Assembly (NCBI GenBank): GCA_964584035.1
Contig: CAZOYL010000011.1
Span: 1 to 34,449 of the forward strand
DNA from: an uncultured Gemmatimonadota bacterium
GTDB lineage: Bacteria > SM23-81
Reading direction: 5' to 3'
Length of the DNA stretch: 34,449 nt
Shown: in pieces, positions 1-7,146 of the stretch
Layout: each line of letters opens with the position of its first letter
Position numbering within the stretch: the stretch's first letter is position 1
The notes under the pieces: generated by a model
What the model was told of the DNA's origin: nothing
What the model saw: only the letters and a program-made list of their open reading frames with translations
Database searches by the model: none
Translations under genes and position numbers: made by a program

Positions 1-1101
1 CGCCAGCCGGGTTCCGCCGAGGTGTTCATTCCCACCTCGCTGAACATGACCAGCAAAACCCTCTGGGAGATCCTCAGCGAGCACGGCAAACAGGTGGTGG
101 TCATGAACGTTCCGGTGACCTATCCGCCCCGACCCGTCAATGGCCTGCTGGTCTCGGGTTTTTTAGCCACCAATCTGAAAAAGGCCACCTATCCGGCCGA
201 GGCGGCTGCGGAACTGGAAGCCATGGGCTACCGGATCGATGCCGATGCGGCCCTGGCCCGGGAGTCGCTGGACCGCTTTCTGGAGGATCTCCACCTGACC
301 CTGGAGAAGCGCGTTGAGGCCATGTTTCATTTTATGGAACACCGACCCTGGGATTACTTTCACGTTCACATCATGGGGACCGACCGGATCAATCATTTCC
401 TGTGGAGCCACATGGAACGGGGTGATGCTCGCTATGCCCCCCGCTTCCTGGAATACTACGATCGTATCGACCGAATACTGGGCCGGCTGCTGGAACGGCT
501 GTCCCCCGAGGTCAACTTCATCCTGATGTCCGATCATGGTTTCTGCACCGTGAAGGGTGAGGTCAACCTGAGCCGATATCTGATCGAACAGGGACTGCTG
601 AAATACCGATCCACACCGCCCCAGGGATTATCAGATATCCATCCTGAATCTCGGGCTTTCACGCTCATCCCGGGCCGGGTCTACATCAACCTGAAGGGCC
701 GAGAGCCCCAGGGTGGGGTGGCGGCGGAGGATTATGAGCGGGTTCGGGAGGAGGTCGCCGATAAGCTGATGCAGTTCCGGCTTCCGGACTCCGCAGAACC
801 GGTCATCCGAAAGGTTTTTAAGCGGGAGGAGATCTATTCCGGAGAACATCTTGAGAATGCCGCCGATCTGTTCGCCATACCCCACGACGGCTTCGATCTC
901 AAGGCCGATGCTCGCAAGGAGACCCTGGTGGAGCACTCGGCTCTGGTCGGCATGCACACCTACGACGATGCCTCCATACTCATCCGCGGATCTGGCGCCA
1001 TTCGCCCGGACGTGGAGATCATAGATCTATTGCCCACCGTGTTTTCCCTGATGGACGTGCCCCTGCCGTCCGACGTGGACGGCCGCGTTGCCTGGGAATG
1101 A
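1..1101 (+). CDS. Alkaline-phosphatase-superfamily (type I phosphodiesterase/nucleotide pyrophosphatase-like) protein, 5'-partial
   Basis: Frame is open from base 1 (RQPGSAEVFIPTS...). Motifs NVPVTYPP, GTDRINHFLW, ILMSDHGF, YINLKGREPQG, GMH, IIDLLPT and DVDGR match AlkP/Phosphodiest proteins. Paralog of the next gene. Confidence 0.85.
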   Translation, partial: RQPGSAEVFIPTSLNMTSKTLWEILSEHGKQVVVMNVPVTYPPRPVNGLLVSGFLATNLKKATYPAEAAAELEAMGYRIDADAALARESLDRFLEDLHLTLEKRVEAMFHFMEHRPWDYFHVHIMGTDRINHFLWSHMERGDARYAPRFLEYYDRIDRILGRLLERLSPEVNFILMSDHGFCTVKGEVNLSRYLIEQGLLKYRSTPPQGLSDIHPESRAFTLIPGRVYINLKGREPQGGVAAEDYERVREEVADKLMQFRLPDSAEPVIRKVFKREEIYSGEHLENAADLFAIPHDGFDLKADARKETLVEHSALVGMHTYDDASILIRGSGAIRPDVEIIDLLPTVFSLMDVPLPSDVDGRVAWE

Positions 1102-1151
1102 TCCTGCCGGCAGTCCCGGGGCGGTGATATCGATGCAGGCGAGGAGCGAGT

Positions 1152-2810
1152 ATGGCGAAGATGAAAAAGGGTGGTTTGAAAGCTCTGGTTCTCGGTTTGG
1201 ACGGGGCTGCCTGGGAGGTCATCGAGCCTCTTTTTCGAGATGGTCAGCTGCCCAATCTGCGCCGTCTGATGAAGCGGGGAACCCATGGGCGCCTGCGATC
1301 CACCATTCCCAACATGAGCGCCCCGGCCTGGGGTGCCTTCATGACCGGGAAGAATCCGGGTCAGCTGGGGGTCTATGATTTCTATACTTATGATCCCTCC
1401 AAGTACAGTTTTCTAGAGCCTAGCCTGATCACGTCCGCTCCCATGGCGGGACAGTCTCTGTGGGACATCCTGGGCCGTCTGGAATACCGCGTCGGCGTCA
1501 TCACCGTGCCGGTCACCTATCCGCCCTGGGAGGTCAACGGCTTCATGATCTCCGGTTATCCCTGCCCGGATACCCGGCGCAATCATACCTATCCGCCGGA
1601 GCTGGCCGAAGAGATCGCCGAATGCTGCAACTGGCGGGCCGACACTCAGCGAACGGCCACCCTGGAGGAACTGGCCGGGATGGGACAGCAGATGATGATC
1701 CAGCGAACCGATCTGGCCCTCCGGCTGTTCCGCCGGCACCCCTGTGATTTCCTCTGCCTGGTCCTGGGGGCCACCGATATGGCCCAGCATTATTTCTGGA
1801 AGTACAGCGCCCCCGGACAGGGGGGAGAAGGATGTGATCGGACCGTTCTCGGAGATGTGATTCCCAGTATTTATCGTCAGGCCGACAAGTGCCTGGAGCG
1901 CCTCCTGGAGATCTGCGAGGAGGAAACGGCCGTGATCGTTCTGTCCGATCACGGCGGCGGGCCGGCGGCCGATCGAGCGGTGAACACCAATGTTTGGCTC
2001 CGCCAGATGGGATTGCTCCAGGTGGCCAGGGAGAGACAGCTGATGACCTCCATCAGTCAACGAATGCTGCGTCTGGTCAAGAGCCGATTCCGCCGCTGGA
2101 TCCGGATTCGCCGATGGCTTCCCAGCGCCCTCCGTCACCGGGTCCGCCAGGTCAGCTTCAATGTCGCCTCTGTGGATTGGACACGCACCCAGGCCTATCG
2201 CTTTCCCATGTCCCCGCCGGCCGAGGGTCTGGTGATCAATGTGGCCGGAAGACAGCCACAGGGGATCGTCCAGCCGGGTCGGGAGTATGAGCGGGTGCGG
2301 AGCCGTCTCATGGAGCAGGTTTCCCAACTCAGGGATGAGGTGACCGGGGAGAAACTGGTATCGGCCGTCTATCGCCGCGAGGACCTCTACCACGGCGAGC
2401 ACGCCCATCGGGCTCCCGATCTGGTCATCCTGCTCAAGGAGGGTTATCGCGGAGGGACCGGTCTGCAGGGGCCTTTGGTCACGCCGTATGAACTCGGACA
2501 GGTCAATGGGCAGCATACCCTGGATGGCATTTTTATCGCCGCCGGGCCCGATTTCAAGGCAGACCACCGCCTCGATGGAGCCCATATTCTGGATGTCGCT
2601 CCCACCCTTCTTCATGCCCTGGGCGTGCCCATTCCCGAGGATATGGATGGCCGGGTTCTCGACGATCTCTTCCGGGGCACCTACCTGCAGGATCATCCGG
2701 TGCGGTATTCCCGGGCGCTGGGCCCCTCCGGGTCGCCCGAGGGCGAATTGACGGCCGAGGAGGAGGAAACCATGAAGGAGAAATTGCGCAGCCTGGGCTA
2801 TCTCTCCTGA
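1152..2810 (+). CDS. Alkaline-phosphatase-superfamily (Phosphodiest-type) protein
   Basis: VLGLDGA, STIPNMSAPAW..FMTGKNPG, SDHGG, GQH, DVAPTLL..LG, DMDGRVL and the C-terminal EKLRSLGYL tail. SD GAGGAG upstream. Confidence 0.9.
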   Translation: MAKMKKGGLKALVLGLDGAAWEVIEPLFRDGQLPNLRRLMKRGTHGRLRSTIPNMSAPAWGAFMTGKNPGQLGVYDFYTYDPSKYSFLEPSLITSAPMAGQSLWDILGRLEYRVGVITVPVTYPPWEVNGFMISGYPCPDTRRNHTYPPELAEEIAECCNWRADTQRTATLEELAGMGQQMMIQRTDLALRLFRRHPCDFLCLVLGATDMAQHYFWKYSAPGQGGEGCDRTVLGDVIPSIYRQADKCLERLLEICEEETAVIVLSDHGGGPAADRAVNTNVWLRQMGLLQVARERQLMTSISQRMLRLVKSRFRRWIRIRRWLPSALRHRVRQVSFNVASVDWTRTQAYRFPMSPPAEGLVINVAGRQPQGIVQPGREYERVRSRLMEQVSQLRDEVTGEKLVSAVYRREDLYHGEHAHRAPDLVILLKEGYRGGTGLQGPLVTPYELGQVNGQHTLDGIFIAAGPDFKADHRLDGAHILDVAPTLLHALGVPIPEDMDGRVLDDLFRGTYLQDHPVRYSRALGPSGSPEGELTAEEEETMKEKLRSLGYLS

Positions 2811-3095
2811 GACCGGCCGGGGCCGCCGGCCGTGGACGGCGCTGCGCAAAGAGCTGCCAGCGATAGGCCCATCCTGAACAGGGCCCCGGCGGCCGATCGA
2901 AAGCCGTATCTTATTATAAAAAAGCATGTTAGTAAATATTATCGGGCCCCTCAGGAGAGCCCGGGGGGTTCGCCTGATTAGTGTTCAAGGAATGATCAAT
3001 CGGGGCCGGTTTGAGCCCCTGGCCGGGAATCACATGTTAAGAGTAAGGAAATGATAGTTAAAGTGTTATAAAAGAACTCCACGGCCCCCCCGTTT

Positions 3096-3111
3096 TGGCG
3101 GACTTCTTGCA
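3096..3111 (+). promoter_or_regulatory. Putative sigma54 (-24/-12) promoter
   Basis: TGGCGGACTTCTTGCA = GG-N10-GC with TTGC at -12, about 65 nt upstream of ATG 3177 and preceded by AT-rich tracts. Confidence 0.6.
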
Positions 3112-3176
3112 ATGAATGAGAGATAGACGGATACCGTCACCCTCGTCCGTATCGCTCTCACTTGCCGGAGGTCCTC

Positions 3177-5690
3177 ATGGGGTCAGCGACCCATTTGTTC
3201 CTTTTGACATTGCTCATCCTGGCCATCCTCGGTCTGTGCTCCCCGGCCCTGTCCGCTACCATCGTCGTCGACACCGACCAGATCACCGCTCCCGTCAACC
3301 CTCTCATGCTGGGCAATGCCCAGCCCTTCGGCCATGGCGATCTGCTGCTGGACGAGTCGACCTGGGCTTTCGATCCTCAGGCCCTGGGGATGGTCCGGGA
3401 GCTGTCGCCCGGCCTGTTAAGATTCCCCGGGGGTCTGAAGGCCAATGAATATTTCTGGGAGGATGGCATCGGTCCCCAGCATCAGCGTCCCTCGCCTCGA
3501 AGTAATCAGTTTCAGCCATACAGTTTCCATTACGGCACTGATGAGCATATGGCTCTCTGCGAGGATATCGGAGCCCGGGCCTTTCTGACCGTCAATTACG
3601 GGACCGGACTGGCGGCCGACACGATGTCAGCCGATGTTCCCCTGAGCCAGAGGGTGCAGCGGGCCGCCAACTGGGTGGAATACTGCAATGCGCCCTGCGA
3701 TGGGTCCAATCCCAGCGGAGGTGTGGACTGGGCGGCCCGCAGAGCCGAGAACGGACATCCCCAGCCCTATGGCGTGGAGTACTGGGAGATCGGCAACGAG
3801 ATCTATGGCGAGACGGCCGCCGGGCGTCCTGATGATGTCGAGGAATATGCCCGGGATCTGATCCAGTTCTCCCGGGCCATGAAGGCGGTCGATCCGGGGA
3901 TTCAGATCGGGGCCGTGGGAGCCGTTATCGCGCACTGGCACCAGTGGTGGAACAATAGCCCTCACGAGTGGAACCCGCGGCTGCTGCAGATCGCCGGCGG
4001 CGACATCGATTTTCTGGTGGTTCACTGCCATTATCCCGGCATCACCGAGGTGACCGGCGAGGACCTCTACCGGGCCGGACTGGCCGGTGCCGAACAGGCC
4101 CTGATGGATTTGCAGGAGGTCCGGTCGGTCATCGACGCCGAGGGTTATCCCGGCATGGCCATCGTGGCCGGTGAGAATGCTTTTTTTGCCGGTGTGGACC
4201 AGTGGCATCTGAATACCACTCTCGTGGCCGGGCTGCACTATGCCGACCTGACCATGATGTTCCTGACCAACGGATCGGAACTGGGCATCGACTTCGCCTG
4301 CGGCTGGACCCTGACGTCCAACACTCCCAGCGGAGATATTGCCTGCCGCTGGTCTCCCTCGCGGCGGTTCGCCAATCCGGAATATTACGCTCAGCTGGTC
4401 TTCCGGCGGCATTTCGGGGACCGCCTGGTGGCCCATTCGATCACTTGCGGCACCTTTTCGACCATCGAGGCTTGCAAGGTCAAGCCCCGTTCCGATGTTC
4501 CCGAGCTGGCGGCCTGCGCTTCGGTGGATTCGAGCGGCCAGAACCTCTACCTGGTGGTGATCAACAGGCAGCTTGACGATGCTGTCTCGACCGACATTTG
4601 TCTTCAGGGTTTTCAGCCCGATTCCACCGTGGACATCTATACCCTGGGCGGCCCCAGCATCGATGTCGGCAACGAGGGAGATCCCGCCTGCGTGACCCTG
4701 GTCAAGTCCTCGGTGTCAAAGTCGGATTCCAGTTTGCATTACCTCTTTCCGGCACATTCTCTGACGGTCATGGAGTTTCAGCGGACATTAGGCGGGGGGG
4801 AAGAGGATCGATCCACACCGCCCGTCATATCCGATCTGATGGTTCATCGACGGGACGGCTCCAGCGTGATCGTCTCCTGGGAAACGGATCAGGCCGCCAA
4901 TTCCATCGTGGAATACGGCACCATCTCCGGCCAGTTGAATCATATCGTGGAAGATCCCTCCTGGTGTACCGAACATGAGATTCTTCTGGAATCCCTGGAT
5001 TCAGAAACCCAGTACCATTACCGTGTCATCAGCCGGAACATCTGGGGCCGTGAGGTCTCCGCTCAGGAGGCACCGTTCTGGATGCCCGACATCAGCGGCC
5101 CGGTGATCGAAAGTCTGGAAGTGGCCTCGGTGAGCGACAGCACGGCCGTGATCTGCTGGCAGACGAGTGAGCCGTCCGACACCCGGGTGCGATACGGCAT
5201 CGCTCCCGATACGGATGAAAGATTGAACCTTTTGGATTTGACCCTAGATCATCAGGTTGTTCTGGGCGATCTCCAGGCCGCCACCGGATATCTTTTCGAG
5301 ATCGGCGCCAGCGATTCGGCCGGCAACCCCGGTCAGACCTGTGAGGGCGCCTTTACCACCACGTCGCCGCGGTCCGGTCTTTCGGAATCCGGTTCGGACG
5401 GCGATGTGCCCGGCGATTACGGCCTCTGTCAGAATTATCCCAATCCGTTCAATGCGGCGACCAGCATTCGCTACCGGCTGGCTGCGCCGGGTCACGTCAC
5501 CGTGAAGATATACAATACCATGGGTCAGGAGGTGGTCACCCTGGCCGATCGCTATGAGTCGCCGGGGGAGCATCAGCTTCGCTGGGATGCGACGGACGGA
5601 CAGGGCCGGGAGGCAGCCAGCGGGGTCTACTTCTGCTGTCTGCAAGCGGAACAGTCCCGCTGGATGCGGAAGATGACGCTGTTACGATAA
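3177..5690 (+). CDS. Secreted GH51-like (alpha-L-arabinofuranosidase-like, clan GH-A) glycoside hydrolase with two FN3-like domains and C-terminal FlgD-Ig/T9SS-type CTD
   Basis: Signal peptide; LRFPGG; YWEIGNE (acid/base Glu); beta-sandwich ending FPAHSLTVMEF; two FN3-like repeats (VSWETDQAANSIVEYG, ICWQTSEPSDTRVRYG); CTD LCQNYPNPFNAATSIRY...WDATDGQGREAASGVYF...KMTLLR. Start set at ATG 3177 after GGAGG. Confidence 0.82.
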   Translation: MGSATHLFLLTLLILAILGLCSPALSATIVVDTDQITAPVNPLMLGNAQPFGHGDLLLDESTWAFDPQALGMVRELSPGLLRFPGGLKANEYFWEDGIGPQHQRPSPRSNQFQPYSFHYGTDEHMALCEDIGARAFLTVNYGTGLAADTMSADVPLSQRVQRAANWVEYCNAPCDGSNPSGGVDWAARRAENGHPQPYGVEYWEIGNEIYGETAAGRPDDVEEYARDLIQFSRAMKAVDPGIQIGAVGAVIAHWHQWWNNSPHEWNPRLLQIAGGDIDFLVVHCHYPGITEVTGEDLYRAGLAGAEQALMDLQEVRSVIDAEGYPGMAIVAGENAFFAGVDQWHLNTTLVAGLHYADLTMMFLTNGSELGIDFACGWTLTSNTPSGDIACRWSPSRRFANPEYYAQLVFRRHFGDRLVAHSITCGTFSTIEACKVKPRSDVPELAACASVDSSGQNLYLVVINRQLDDAVSTDICLQGFQPDSTVDIYTLGGPSIDVGNEGDPACVTLVKSSVSKSDSSLHYLFPAHSLTVMEFQRTLGGGEEDRSTPPVISDLMVHRRDGSSVIVSWETDQAANSIVEYGTISGQLNHIVEDPSWCTEHEILLESLDSETQYHYRVISRNIWGREVSAQEAPFWMPDISGPVIESLEVASVSDSTAVICWQTSEPSDTRVRYGIAPDTDERLNLLDLTLDHQVVLGDLQAATGYLFEIGASDSAGNPGQTCEGAFTTTSPRSGLSESGSDGDVPGDYGLCQNYPNPFNAATSIRYRLAAPGHVTVKIYNTMGQEVVTLADRYESPGEHQLRWDATDGQGREAASGVYFCCLQAEQSRWMRKMTLLR

Positions 5691-5741
5691 TGGCATTGCT
5701 GTCGATGGTGCCGGTGACGTTGTGGATGCCGTCGGGAAGGG

Positions 5742-5773
5742 AAAAAAGAGAACCGCCACGGGGCGGTTTTTTT
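5742..5773. terminator. Rho-independent terminator, probably bidirectional
   Basis: A-tract, AACCGCC-acgg-GGCGGTT, then T-tract, between convergent genes. Confidence 0.8.
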
Positions 5774-5880
5774 ATGGGCACATGGAGAAGGAGTGTCAGG
5801 CCGGTCGAGATCGGAATCCCGATGTGATCAGATCAGCCTGTCAGCGGGATCCCGGAGATCCGGGCACAACAGAGGGGATC

Positions 5881-6912
5881 TCAGGGATTCGGGTGCTCCT
5901 TTGGAGAGTGATCCTGGGCCGCTGTATTCTGGGGCAGTTCCCCGACGTGTTCCACGCCGCTGGATGTGCCATGTCTGAGGGCGCTATCGTAGGATCTTTT
6001 CACCCGCAGCACCTCCAGGCCTCTTCTGGGGACGCCCAACAGCAGGTTCTTGACCATCCAGATGATATCGACGGGTCCGGGGCGGCCGGTATCGTTCTGG
6101 TAGTTGTACTTGCGGAGATAGCTTCCGGTCAGCAGTGTGAAACACCTGGCCTCCCGGGGGGTAAGATTTTTTTTCCATTTAGCGATATTCTTGCTGTCCA
6201 CCGGTCGGAAGATCAGCTTGGAGTGATGCGCTCCGATATACTGGTGGCTGGTGCGGTAGAATTCCAGCATGCCGGTTTCGAAAGGGACGTCCAGAAGCCG
6301 GCACACCGATCGAACCGATTCTTCGGTTCGCCCCAGGAGATCTTCATAGCGGATGGTCAGCTTGTTGGCGGCGGGGATCCGGGAGAACGATTTCTCTATC
6401 CGGGACAGCTTGTAGCGCCAGTCCAGAGCGATGGCCGACAGGTTGCCCTTGGTGTTATCGATCTTCCTCCAGCTGTCGAAGACGTCGCGGCCGTCGCGGA
6501 CGATGTGAATGAAACGAGCCTCAGGGTAGAGAGCCAGGAAAATATCGACCTTGCGAAAAAACGGCGGCGTTTTATCGCCCCAGATGTTCTTGCCATGCTG
6601 TTGAGCGTAAATGGAATAGAGGTTTTCGATCAACTCACGAATGGAGATGTGCTCCTTCTGGCCCAGCTGGGAGAAATATTCCTGATAATCGCTGCCCCAT
6701 AATTTCAGCTGAGGATTGAGGGACAGATAGCGGACCAGGGTCGACAGCGCCCGGCCCGACAGCTGGTGGTGAATATATCGTTTCTTCAGCAGAGGGATGA
6801 GAAAGGTTCCTTCTTCGGGGATGGCGAGCTGCGAATGGGCGTTCAAAATCAGCCGTAGCAGGGTAGTGCCCGATCTCTGGGCGCCGATTAAAAAAAAGGG
6901 AGCTGTCTTCAC
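5881..6912 (-). CDS. PAPS-dependent sulfotransferase (Sulfotransfer_3-like)
   Basis: GAQRSGTTLL (5'-PSB loop), WGDKTP, IHIVRDGRDV..S (3'-PB), IRYEDL. Start reassigned to GTG at 6912, with GGAGG 7 nt upstream and its own promoter. Confidence 0.9.
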   Translation of the reverse strand: MKTAPFFLIGAQRSGTTLLRLILNAHSQLAIPEEGTFLIPLLKKRYIHHQLSGRALSTLVRYLSLNPQLKLWGSDYQEYFSQLGQKEHISIRELIENLYSIYAQQHGKNIWGDKTPPFFRKVDIFLALYPEARFIHIVRDGRDVFDSWRKIDNTKGNLSAIALDWRYKLSRIEKSFSRIPAANKLTIRYEDLLGRTEESVRSVCRLLDVPFETGMLEFYRTSHQYIGAHHSKLIFRPVDSKNIAKWKKNLTPREARCFTLLTGSYLRKYNYQNDTGRPGPVDIIWMVKNLLLGVPRRGLEVLRVKRSYDSALRHGTSSGVEHVGELPQNTAAQDHSPKEHPNP

Positions 6913-6961
6913 TCCTTCTCCTCCATCTTTCTCGACTTCATATGTCCAGGTTGTTCTTGTG

Positions 6962-6990
6962 AATATAGAGAGGTGCGGGGGGCTTGTCAA
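6962..6990 (-). promoter_or_regulatory. sigma70-type promoter for the sulfotransferase
   Basis: Minus strand TTGACA (6990-6985), 17-nt spacer, TATATT (6967-6962). Confidence 0.75.
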
Positions 6991-7064
6991 CGCCTTTTTC
7001 GGTCTCATAGACGGGGCCGACCCGTGGCCCTCACCGATAGCCGCCCAGGGGCTCACTTTTGAGG

Positions 7065-7093
7065 TTGACAGGCCTGAATACCTGGCCTATTTT
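7065..7093 (+). promoter_or_regulatory. sigma70-type promoter for the Omp85-fusion operon
   Basis: TTGACA (7065-7070), 17-nt spacer, TATTTT (7088-7093). Confidence 0.7.
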
Positions 7094-7146
7094 AAGTGTT
7101 GAGAGCGATATTGACAAAGAGGTTCCCGGAACACAGAGGTCTGCCC

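Noticed and set aside
1413..2927. Long antisense/shadow ORFs (e.g. 1413-2927 -, 5722-6702 +, 7087-8292 -, 11993-13045 +, 16974-17963 -, 33772-34392 -)
   Set aside because: They lie opposite well-supported genes, have no recognisable motifs, and are expected in GC-rich DNA with biased third codon positions.
6913..7146. ORF-track N-terminal extensions of the sulfotransferase (7056) and Omp85 fusion (7096)
   Set aside because: They overlap or directly abut the divergent promoters. Downstream starts have proper SD spacing and give family-typical N-termini.
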